Shown here: positions 50,883 to 58,765 of the stretch, piece after piece
Layout: each line of letters starts with the position of its first letter
Numbering within the stretch: the stretch's first letter is position 1
Assembly: GCA_040389405.1 (NCBI GenBank)
Contig: JAZJZY010000002.1
Span: 740,575-804,574 of the forward strand
Direction of reading: 5' to 3'
DNA length: 64,000 nucleotides
Source: Pseudomonadota bacterium
GTDB lineage: Bacteria > Pseudomonadota > Alphaproteobacteria > Micropepsales > Micropepsaceae
Program-made: the position numbers and the translations under genes
The notes under the pieces: model-generated
What the model was told of the DNA's origin: nothing
What the model saw: only the letters and a program-made list of their open reading frames with translations
Database searches by the model: none

Positions 50883-52520
50883 TCAGGCCGATGTCTGGCC
50901 CTGACGCACATGCAAATCGGCGATGGCCATTCGTGCCTCGGCGTGCGGGTCGACCACCAGCTTGCATTGGTCGTTGAAGACCATCACCGCGCGGTCTTTT
51001 GCCGAATAGGGCCGCCATTGCGGCAATCCCGGAATGTTGGGATTGCCGGTCTTGGCGAAATTGGTCCAGGCGCCGCTCATCTTGTCGGCCAGCGGATAAC
51101 GGTCCTTGCCGGTGCCGGTGATAATGTCGTCGGTCGGGCCGTCCAGATTGTCGAAGACGTAGGAGACTTCCAATGTGTGCGGTACGCCCAGCTTGCCGCC
51201 ATGCACGGGAGTGGGTTTCTCGAAATGATAGACATAGGCCGGCGCCTGTCCCAGCGCCGCCTTGCGCTCCGCCACCAGCGCGACATTGGCAGTCAGCCAA
51301 TTATCAGTGGCGATCAACTGAAATAGCCGCACATTGTCGGCTTCCGGGAAATCCTTCTTGTAGAGCGCGATCAATTTCTCGGTTTCCGCATCATCGACCT
51401 TGAGACCGCGCTTGACGTCGGCGCGCAAGGTCGCGTCGTCGATGGGATCGAGCGGCGTGGTGTTGAGGAAGGTGATCTCAGTCAGGGTCGAACCCAGGAT
51501 CATCGGCACATTCGCCGACAAGGACGGCGCAACCGGATCGAAGGCGCCATTGCCGGATACCAGATTGCGCCCATCCAGCACCGGCCCGAAGCGGCCCGCC
51601 GGACCCATCGGGCCCAGCGCTGCGATGATCTTCTGGAAAGGAACCTGTTGCAGCTGATCAACCTGATTCGGCTGCAGGCCCAGCTGCACCATGATCTTGG
51701 TGGCGATCTCGGTGCCTTCTTCCGGCGTGATGGCTTTCAGCGAGACGCCACTTTGCGCGATGACTTTATGGAATCTTCCCACGGCCTGCGGCATCGCCAT
51801 AGCGGTGGTGACTTTGCTGCCCCCGCCCGACTGACCAAAGATGGTGACGTTGCCGGGATCACCGCCGAACGCGGCGATATTGTCCTTGACCCAGTTCAGC
51901 GCCGCCACAATGTCCAGCATGCCGACATTGCCGCTGTCGGCATATTTCTCGCCGCCCAGTTTGGCGAGATAGAGAAAGCCGAAGGCGTTGAGCCTGTGAT
52001 TGATCGTCACCAGCACCACGCCATGTTTCTTCGCCAGCATCGCGCCGTCATAACGAACATTGGCGCCCGAGCCTCCGGTGAAGCCGCCGCCATGACACCA
52101 GAGCATCACGGGGCGTTTCTTTCCGTCGCCCGCCGTCCAGATGTTCAACCGCAGGCAGTCCTCGCTCTGGGTCCTGCGGTCCAGCGCCACCACTTCTTCT
52201 TCCATGAAGCCGGTGGCGTCGGTCTGTGGCGCACGGTTGCCGAACTGGGTGGCGTCGCGCACATCGCTCCAGGGCGTGGGCGGCTGGGGCGGCATGAAGC
52301 GATTGGCCCCGGCGGTGGACGCGCCATACGGAATGCCCTTGAAAATCTTGATCCCGTCGTCCGAAATCCCGCGAACTTTGCCGTAGGTGGTGGCGACCAC
52401 CGGCGCGGCACCGGCTGCCAGCGCCTGCGGCGCTTCCAGCACCCAGCTCGCCGCCGCCATGCCGCCCGCTGCCATCAGTTGGCGGCGATCCAGATTTTTC
52501 ATGTTCTTGTTATTTGTCAT
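50883..52520 (-). CDS. Tat-exported type-B carboxylesterase
   Basis: Twin-arginine signal LDRRQLMAAGG; WCHGGGFTGGSG oxyanion loop; IFGQSGGGSKV nucleophile elbow. Confidence 0.88.
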   Translation of the reverse strand: MTNNKNMKNLDRRQLMAAGGMAAASWVLEAPQALAAGAAPVVATTYGKVRGISDDGIKIFKGIPYGASTAGANRFMPPQPPTPWSDVRDATQFGNRAPQTDATGFMEEEVVALDRRTQSEDCLRLNIWTAGDGKKRPVMLWCHGGGFTGGSGANVRYDGAMLAKKHGVVLVTINHRLNAFGFLYLAKLGGEKYADSGNVGMLDIVAALNWVKDNIAAFGGDPGNVTIFGQSGGGSKVTTAMAMPQAVGRFHKVIAQSGVSLKAITPEEGTEIATKIMVQLGLQPNQVDQLQQVPFQKIIAALGPMGPAGRFGPVLDGRNLVSGNGAFDPVAPSLSANVPMILGSTLTEITFLNTTPLDPIDDATLRADVKRGLKVDDAETEKLIALYKKDFPEADNVRLFQLIATDNWLTANVALVAERKAALGQAPAYVYHFEKPTPVHGGKLGVPHTLEVSYVFDNLDGPTDDIITGTGKDRYPLADKMSGAWTNFAKTGNPNIPGLPQWRPYSAKDRAVMVFNDQCKLVVDPHAEARMAIADLHVRQGQTSA

Positions 52521-52619
52521 GTCCGCCCCATTTCAGCCCCTAGACACACAGAGACTATAAGGACTGGGAAATATCGGCGCCATATGCAAAGACCGGCGCC
52601 GCGACGAAGAGATACAATT

Positions 52620-52931
52620 ATGCCGCAAGACATTGCTCCGCCTGACGCCTGCCATTCCATGACCGAATTGCGCGCTGCGATCGACACACTGGACGCAAAG
52701 CTCGTGGCGATGCTGGCCGTGCGCCAGACCTATATCGAGCGCGCCGCCGTGCTGAAATCGGATCGCGGCACGGTGCGCGACACGCCGCGCATTGAGCAGG
52801 TGGTGGGAAATGTGGTGGCCGAAGCCAAGCGCGCGGGCCTCTCACCCGCCATCGCCGAAGCGGTGTGGCGCAGCCTGATCGAAGCCAGCATCGCCCACGA
52901 ATACAAAGCCTTCGACGCCAAAGCGGAATGA
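52620..52931 (+). CDS. AroQ-class chorismate mutase domain protein
   Basis: MTELRAAIDTLDAKLVAMLAVRQTYIERAAVLK...RIEQVVGNV...AVWRSLIEASIAHE; about 103 aa, embedded in a longer spurious ORF-track frame. Confidence 0.75.
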   Translation: MPQDIAPPDACHSMTELRAAIDTLDAKLVAMLAVRQTYIERAAVLKSDRGTVRDTPRIEQVVGNVVAEAKRAGLSPAIAEAVWRSLIEASIAHEYKAFDAKAE

Positions 52932-52937
52932 TCCGCG

Positions 52938-53681
52938 CTAACGTGTGTGTACGGCGCTGATCAATCCATCCTGCAGCCAACTGGTCAGCACGGTCGCGAC
53001 GTTCCGCGCCGCCTGGTCGGCATCGCCGTCCTCCACCAAAAGGCTGCACAGATCGGCAAAGCGCGATCCCGCCATCGCCAGGATGAGCGCCCGCCGCTCG
53101 AAACTTTCGATGGTGCGGTATTTCGGGGTCAGATCGCTGCGCCAGATGCGAACCATTGCGGGACCGGCGAGACGCTCGGCGGCCGGCGGCGTATTCTCTT
53201 CCGCCAATGCGCCCCAGATCGCGGCGCTGTTGGTGGCGACTTCGCCCATCACCAAGGTGGGCACGAAAATAAGGACCGCATTGTCCCAATCCACCTGGGC
53301 CAACGCTTCGGGTTTTACGGCGTCCGCGTTGGGCCCCTCGAAAGCACGGCGCAAGCTCCAGTCGAGCCAAGCTAACTCCGGGACCTCCGGATCGTCCGGA
53401 TGCAGGCCGCGCAAAGTCTGGGCGAAATCGGCGCCATATGCACTCAAGGTCCAGCTTTTCGGCACATGGGTTTCGACGTGATGGCGTGCCGCCTTGTCGA
53501 AGGAATCGTCACCCAGCCAGGCCCAGGTTTTTTCATAGGTATCGCGCAGGCTGGCGATGAGCTGCGCACGGTAGGCATGGCGATAGACGGCCAGACCGCG
53601 CTCCGGCGCGCCCTGCAACGGCGCGTCGGTGCCCGTCAGAATGTGGTCGCGAAAACCGCGCTGGGTGTCGAGCAAGTTCAT
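52938..53681 (-). CDS. DUF2063-type RiPP partner protein (BufC/HvfC-like)
   Basis: MNLLDTQRGFRDHILTG...GLAVYRHAYRAQLIASLRDTYEKTWAWLGDDSFDKAARHHV, a DUF2063 N-terminal pattern; ATGA overlap with the DUF692 gene. Confidence 0.75.
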   Translation of the reverse strand: MNLLDTQRGFRDHILTGTDAPLQGAPERGLAVYRHAYRAQLIASLRDTYEKTWAWLGDDSFDKAARHHVETHVPKSWTLSAYGADFAQTLRGLHPDDPEVPELAWLDWSLRRAFEGPNADAVKPEALAQVDWDNAVLIFVPTLVMGEVATNSAAIWGALAEENTPPAAERLAGPAMVRIWRSDLTPKYRTIESFERRALILAMAGSRFADLCSLLVEDGDADQAARNVATVLTSWLQDGLISAVHTR

Positions 53682-54514
53682 GCCGCGCGCGTCCAGTCGC
53701 CGGCTTTCCGGCGCGCCACATCCAGTTCCGCCAGAAGCTCGGCCAGCGGCGGAATATTGTCGTCGCGCTCGATCATGGTCGCGAGCGATCCGAAACGCTC
53801 GCATGCTTTTTTATAAAGCGCCCACACCGGATCGGGCACCGGCTCGTCATGGGTGTCGATCAAAAGTTCGCGGCCCTGGCTATGGCCGGCCAGATGCATC
53901 TGGCGCACGCGATCCACCGGAATGCCCGCCAGATAAGCGTCAGGATCGAAGCCATGATTGGTGCCGCTGACATAGATGTTGTTGACGTCCAGCAGCAGAT
54001 AGCAGCCGGTGCGGCGGCACATTTGCGTAATGAATTCCCATTCCGTCATCTGATCGTCGGCGAAGGTGAGATAAGTGGAGGCATTCTCCATCAATATCGG
54101 ACGCTCCAGCACATCCTGTGCGTGGGCGATGTTGGCGCAGACCAGATCCATCGCCTCTTCGGTGTAAGGCATCGGCAGAAGATCGTGCGAATTGAATCCC
54201 TCCACCCCGGTCCAGCAGAGATGGTCGGACACCCATAAGGGATCGACGCGGTCGGCCAGCACTTTCAGGCGGCGCAGGTAATCCGTCTTGACGCCATCGG
54301 CGGAGCCGATCGACATCGACACGCCATGCATCGCCACGGGATAGCGTTCGCGCACCCGGTCCAGCACATGCAGCGGACGGCCGCCCGGCACCATGAAATT
54401 CTCGGAGATCACTTCGACGAAATCGACCAGATCGCCGCGTTCCAGAAATTCGTTGAAGTGCGGCGGACGCAAGCCGAGACCGAAGCCTTCGAAGACGGGA
54501 ATGGCGGTCATCAA
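53678..54514 (-). CDS. DUF692 multinuclear non-heme iron oxidase (MNIO; BufB-like)
   Basis: GFGLGLRPPHF, VDFVEVISENF, MHGVSMSIGS, WVSDHLCW, LMENASTY, LLLDVNNIYVSGTNHGFD, MHLAGH: the full set of DUF692 TIM-barrel metal-site motifs. Confidence 0.88.
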   Translation of the reverse strand: MMTAIPVFEGFGLGLRPPHFNEFLERGDLVDFVEVISENFMVPGGRPLHVLDRVRERYPVAMHGVSMSIGSADGVKTDYLRRLKVLADRVDPLWVSDHLCWTGVEGFNSHDLLPMPYTEEAMDLVCANIAHAQDVLERPILMENASTYLTFADDQMTEWEFITQMCRRTGCYLLLDVNNIYVSGTNHGFDPDAYLAGIPVDRVRQMHLAGHSQGRELLIDTHDEPVPDPVWALYKKACERFGSLATMIERDDNIPPLAELLAELDVARRKAGDWTRAA

Positions 54515-54533
54515 GCCTTCTCTAAAACGTCAT

Positions 54534-54565
54534 ATGGACCCGGCGCGTTTCGCGACCGGGTCCAT
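54534..54565 (-). promoter_or_regulatory. strong hairpin in the precursor-enzyme spacer (candidate attenuator / processing barrier)
   Basis: ATGGACCCGG-N12-CCGGGTCCAT with a perfect 10-bp stem, followed on the coding strand by GUUUUA. A second 8-bp hairpin lies at 54585-54608. Confidence 0.55.
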
Positions 54566-54622
54566 GGGACTCTACTTCTTTGTCAGCGCGGCAGTCGCCC
54601 GCCGCGCTTATATACAATGTTA

Positions 54623-54877
54623 TTACGGCGTGGTCTTGCCGCCGGCCGTGGTGCAGGCTTCCGCCGACATCGACTTGTAGCCCTGACCCTTGCAGGAATT
54701 CTGGCCCTTGCAGGCATGATTGCCCGACTTGCAGTCCGACTGGCCCTTGCAGGAATTCACGCCGAAGCAGTGAACCGACGCATCCGCAGCGAACGCAACG
54801 GTGGGCGCAGCGGCAACGGCGGCCAGAGCAAGGAAAGCAGCGGCCGAGGCCAGCGTGGCAGATTTGGTGATGTTCAT
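54623..54877 (-). CDS. secreted six-Cys bufferin-like RiPP precursor (DUF2282-related)
   Basis: Sec signal MNITKSATLASAAAFLALAAVAAAPTVAFA, then core ADASVHCFGVNSCKGQSDCKSGNHACKGQNSCKGQGYKSMSAEACTTAGGKTTP. GGAGA RBS. First gene of the DUF692/DUF2063 operon. Confidence 0.8.
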   Translation of the reverse strand: MNITKSATLASAAAFLALAAVAAAPTVAFAADASVHCFGVNSCKGQSDCKSGNHACKGQNSCKGQGYKSMSAEACTTAGGKTTP

Positions 54878-54932
54878 GGAAACGTCTCCGTGTTGTTGCG
54901 CCGGCCGATTTTTCGGCTTGGCTATTTCAATG

Positions 54933-54958
54933 TTCGGCGGTCCCGAACCTGGGGTTAC
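54933..54958 (-). promoter_or_regulatory. sigmaF-type ECF promoter of the precursor operon
   Basis: Minus strand reads GTAACC-N16-CGAA exactly, about 55 nt upstream of the precursor ATG. Confidence 0.7.
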
Positions 54959-55027
54959 ATCCCACGCTTCAAATCGGGCAGAAAGTCGGCGGAATCGAAG
55001 GAACTCTTTGTATTATTTTATCACCGT

Positions 55028-56005
55028 TCACGCGGGCAGCGCGGTGATCTGCCGCCGGATCGCAGCCAGCGGCGCGTTATCATCGAACACAACCCTGTTG
55101 CCCTGTAACCCCACACCCAGTTGCACAAGAAGCGCATGGATATCGACGGGCGATCCGGTTTTTCCCATCTGCGTATAAAGATCGGCCAATTCCGTTCCGC
55201 CGGTGGCGGTGTCACCCGCCGCCATCACCTGCTCCATCGTCCAGTCGGCAATGTTGCCGCCGCTTTGCCGGTTGATCGCCTGCAGTGCGGTCTGCACGCC
55301 GATGCGATTATGCGTGCGTTCGCGAATGCGGACATCGGCAACCAGCCAGAAGGCCGCGCCGCCCCAATAGGTGCGCTGGTGATCCTGCGTATCGTTCAGG
55401 CCGCCTTCGCCCGGTTTGGGCTGGCCGCCCGGCATCTCGTCGATGGTCCATTTCCAGACTTCGGCGACGTCCATCTGCCCGGCTTGGGCGCGCGCGATGG
55501 GCTCGACATAGGTGGCGTTGCCTTCCTGGAGCCAGAGCGCCCAGCGCGGCAATTGCGGCAAGGCCAGATGCGTCATCTCATGCACCAGCACCCAATCGCG
55601 TTTCAAGGCCGCGGCATCCGCACCGCGGCCGACATTCAGGCGAATGAGCGAGCCGCCACGAAAACCGAAGGTGGTACCGCCGACGCTGCGGCCATCGCCG
55701 GCAATCACGACCAGCCGAACATGCGAAACCGGAAAGCGTCCGAAATAGGTCGTCACCGCCTGGGCGCTAGTGCGGATCCAATTCTGGACCAGCGCGCGAT
55801 CGATCCCCGGAGCGCCATCGGAAAACACGATGTCGATGACACCGCCACCGATCTCGATTTGCGCATCGGGTGCCTGGCGGGACTGCGGGTTGCCGCGATC
55901 CGGTATGGGCTGCGCTTGTGCTGCAACGCTCGACGCAAGAGCCAATGCAAGCATCAGCAAAACGGCCTTGCCCGACATAAATGTCATGGCCCGGCGATCA
56001 GCCAT
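55028..56005 (-). CDS. secreted gluzincin-like metallopeptidase (HExxH ... EG)
   Basis: Signal peptide MSGKAVLLMLALALASSVAAQA; VLVHEMTHLALPQLPRWALWLQEGNATYVE. 8-nt overlap with the sigF stop (or a start at 55987). Confidence 0.65.
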   Translation of the reverse strand: MADRRAMTFMSGKAVLLMLALALASSVAAQAQPIPDRGNPQSRQAPDAQIEIGGGVIDIVFSDGAPGIDRALVQNWIRTSAQAVTTYFGRFPVSHVRLVVIAGDGRSVGGTTFGFRGGSLIRLNVGRGADAAALKRDWVLVHEMTHLALPQLPRWALWLQEGNATYVEPIARAQAGQMDVAEVWKWTIDEMPGGQPKPGEGGLNDTQDHQRTYWGGAAFWLVADVRIRERTHNRIGVQTALQAINRQSGGNIADWTMEQVMAAGDTATGGTELADLYTQMGKTGSPVDIHALLVQLGVGLQGNRVVFDDNAPLAAIRRQITALPA

Positions 56006-56531
56006 CGACCTGGATCTGGCGTTGTGCCGCGATCATCATGCGCGTGATGCCGCGATGGATATTGACCTTGACCAACGAGACCGACTGGCCGGTCTTTGCC
56101 GAAGCTTCCTCGACGCTGAAGCCATGCATCTTCACCAGCCGGATCACTTCGGATTGTGCCGGCTTCAATTCCGACAAAAGCTTTTCCAGGGTGGTCGCAT
56201 TCTGTATCGCCATGCCGTGATCTTCGACGGCAAGATCCTCGCTGAGGGCCTGGGTGGCGGATTTGCGCAGCGCGCGCAGCCGGTCGATCCATTTGTACCG
56301 CGCGATCGCCACCAGCCAGGGACCGAAGGGGCGAGCCGCATCGTAGGAGCCGCGTTTTTCATGCAAGGCGAACAACGTGTCCTGCACCGCATCGTCCACC
56401 ATTGCGGGCGGCAGGCGCGTTCCGAAATACCGCTTCAGCCAGGGGCGGACTTCATCCAGCAGCCGGCGATAGCGAATGCCATCGCCCTTCTGCGCGGCCG
56501 CCATCAGTCCTGACCATTCCTTATCGGACAT
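55998..56531 (-). CDS. sigF: ECF RNA polymerase sigma factor (SigF/EcfF-like)
   Basis: Sigma70 region 2 (DDAVQDTLFALHEKRGSYD...FGPWLVAIARYKWIDRLR) and region 4 (LKPAQSEVIRLVKMHGFSVEEASAKTGQSVSLVKVNIHRG). The gene symbol is inferred from the NrsF partner and the promoter motif. Confidence 0.8.
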   Translation of the reverse strand: MSDKEWSGLMAAAQKGDGIRYRRLLDEVRPWLKRYFGTRLPPAMVDDAVQDTLFALHEKRGSYDAARPFGPWLVAIARYKWIDRLRALRKSATQALSEDLAVEDHGMAIQNATTLEKLLSELKPAQSEVIRLVKMHGFSVEEASAKTGQSVSLVKVNIHRGITRMMIAAQRQIQVDG

Positions 56532-56543
56532 TGCGTGGCTTTC

Positions 56544-56570
56544 GGCGTTGCCAACTCAGGCGTTGCCAAC
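56544..56570. repeat. tandem 12-nt direct repeat, each containing a GTTG-C-CAAC palindrome
   Basis: GGCGTTGCCAAC-TCA-GGCGTTGCCAAC, 13-39 nt upstream of the sigF ATG. Confidence 0.8.
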
Positions 56571-56668
56571 CTGATCGTTGAAAGTGTGCAACAATGACAG
56601 ACATTCGGCAATCGGACGCCGTCCCGGATGGCGAAAATGCCAAGTTTTTGACAAAATCCGGCCCGTCT

Positions 56669-56694
56669 GTAACCCGATGCAGCCGGGCATCGAA
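56669..56694 (+). promoter_or_regulatory. sigmaF-type ECF promoter of nrsF
   Basis: GTAACC-CGATGCAGCCGGGCAT-CGAA, exact N16 spacing, upstream of all plausible nrsF starts. Confidence 0.7.
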
Positions 56695-56763
56695 AGACCA
56701 ATAGCCGTCGCAGGAACTGTGCGGTGCCAATGTGCCACCTTTAATGGCGTTCCCTCTAACTTC

Positions 56764-57447
56764 GTGACGGCTTTGCAATCATCCGATCCCTCTTCCGGCA
56801 ATTCTTCGGCGCTCGACCTGATGGTCGACCGCCTGGTTGCGGATCTGCGGCCGGTGGAGAGCCCGCCGGTCGCGCGCCGCCTGGCGCTGGGACTGGGCGT
56901 GGGACTTGTCATTTCGCTGGCCTTTGTCGGTATCGTGATGGGTTATCGCCCGGACATGGCGACGGCGACCTTGACCACGATCTTCTGGGTGAAGCTGGCC
57001 TATGTCTCCGGCATCGGGGCGGTTGCGCTCTGGGCGGTGGAGCGATTGGCGCGGCCCGGCGTTCCCACCGGCAATCTGCTTTTGTGGCTGCTGCTTCCCA
57101 CCGTGATGATGGGCGGGTTGGCGGTCTGGCAGCTGATTCACGGCCCGGCCGGTCTGCGCGAGCATCTCATCATGGGCTTCAGCGCCGCTGCCGCGCCGTG
57201 GCGCATTCTTGCCGCCGCATTGCCGCCTCTGGTCGGTCTGGCCTGGGCCGTGCGGGGATTGGCGCCGACACGATTGGTGTTTGCCGGCACGATGGTGGGC
57301 CTGGCGGCCGGTGGTTTTGGCGCGGCGTCTTATGCGATGCATTGCCAGGAATCGGCGGCGCCGTTCCTGCTGATCTGGTACGGGCTGGGCGTGGTCGCAT
57401 GCGGCTTTGTCGGCGCCGTGCTGGGACCGCGCGTCCTGCGCTGGTAG
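56764..57447 (+). CDS. nrsF: DUF1109 anti-sigma-F factor NrsF
   Basis: LDLMVDRLVADLRPVESPP followed by six TM helices, the DUF1109 architecture. Start is GTG 56764 or ATG 56821. ORF-track start 56578 lies upstream of the promoter and is rejected. Confidence 0.78.
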   Translation: MTALQSSDPSSGNSSALDLMVDRLVADLRPVESPPVARRLALGLGVGLVISLAFVGIVMGYRPDMATATLTTIFWVKLAYVSGIGAVALWAVERLARPGVPTGNLLLWLLLPTVMMGGLAVWQLIHGPAGLREHLIMGFSAAAAPWRILAAALPPLVGLAWAVRGLAPTRLVFAGTMVGLAAGGFGAASYAMHCQESAAPFLLIWYGLGVVACGFVGAVLGPRVLRW

Positions 57448-57492
57448 TTGTCGTTTCGAAAGCTGCCCGGAAGCGGAAACCGTCTGTCCGTT

Positions 57493-58551
57493 TCAATCCG
57501 CTGCCGCCTGATCGGATTTGCGAAAAATTTCCCAGATCACCATGAACAGGGCGGCAATCAGCGGCCCCACGACAAAACCATTCAAGCCGAAAACTTCAAT
57601 ACCGCCCAACGTCGAAATGAGAACGACATAATCGGGCAGATTGGTGGTTTTTCCCACCAGAAAAGGCCGCATCACATTGTCGACCAGGCCGATCACCAAC
57701 ACACCGTAGCAAAGCAAAAACAAACCCTGCCAGACGCTTCCGGTTGCCAGCAAATAGGCGGCGACCGGACCCCAGACGATCGCAGCTCCGATGGCCGGAA
57801 GCAGGGACAGGAATGCCATCACCACCGTCCATAGCAGCGCCGCAGGTATTCCCAGCACCCAGAAAGCCAGTCCACCCAGAATCCCCTGAACCGCGGCCAC
57901 GAAAATATTTCCTTTAACCGTCGCGCGTATCACCAATGCGGTTCTGTTCAAGAGGAGCGTCTTTTGCGCCGGCTGCAGCGGCACAGACGTCTTCACCCGC
58001 TCCAGCAGCGTGCTTCCATCGCGGAAAAGAAAAAACAGCAGATAGAGCATGACGCCAAGACCGACGACAAAATCGAATGCGCCAAGACCGATGCTGAGGG
58101 TTCTTGCTGCGATGAGCTGACTGCCCTTGCCAAGGGAGGCCGTCAATTTTTCTCTCATCGCCGCCGGATCTGTCAGGCCGAATTGATTGAGGATTTCCCT
58201 TGCCCAGGCCGGCAGAGCATCCAGAATACGCTGAAGATACAATGCGAGGTCCAGTTCACCCGATCGGATTCTGTCGTAAAGACCCGACGCCTGCTGACCC
58301 AAGGATGCGCTTATCGCAATGAGCGGCAGGATCACGATTGCGACGACAAGCAGCACCAGGGCTGCAGCGGCGAGATTGTGCCGTTGGCCGAAAATCGCCC
58401 GCAGCCGCAAATGAAGCGGGTTGAATAAAATGGCAATCACGATGCCCCACAGGATCGCGCCATAAAAAGGTTCAAGAATCCAGGCGAATGCTATCGTCAC
58501 CAAGACGACCAGCGACAGGAAAAGCTGGCCTTCAATCTTCTGCATTTTCAC
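57493..58551 (-). CDS. AI-2E family transporter (PerM/UPF0118)
   Basis: About 350-aa polytopic protein with the family-typical C-terminal GG...PLIAA pattern. Confidence 0.8.
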   Translation of the reverse strand: MKMQKIEGQLFLSLVVLVTIAFAWILEPFYGAILWGIVIAILFNPLHLRLRAIFGQRHNLAAAALVLLVVAIVILPLIAISASLGQQASGLYDRIRSGELDLALYLQRILDALPAWAREILNQFGLTDPAAMREKLTASLGKGSQLIAARTLSIGLGAFDFVVGLGVMLYLLFFLFRDGSTLLERVKTSVPLQPAQKTLLLNRTALVIRATVKGNIFVAAVQGILGGLAFWVLGIPAALLWTVVMAFLSLLPAIGAAIVWGPVAAYLLATGSVWQGLFLLCYGVLVIGLVDNVMRPFLVGKTTNLPDYVVLISTLGGIEVFGLNGFVVGPLIAALFMVIWEIFRKSDQAAAD

Positions 58552-58765
58552 CCTGTCCCCGGCGCCGCGCGATGAGGCATAATGGGCGGATCGTCCGAAC
58601 CGCCTTCCTCAAGGAACGTATAGATCCTGGGCTTGGGCGTCACCCGGGCGCCCGGCCTGCACCGCAGATCTAGCTCACGACGCGCGTTTGCGCGCTGGCG
58701 CATTTTGGCCGCGACACGACTACCCCTTATGGGCCTGGCCTTGGCCGTGCAGGTGGCGCGCCATC

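Noticed and set aside
56578-56763. ORF-track start (56578) for the NrsF-like gene, giving a 289-aa protein.
   Set aside because: The extra 60-80 codons lie upstream of or across the GTAACC-N16-CGAA promoter. They encode no DUF1109-like sequence, and family members are about 210-230 aa.
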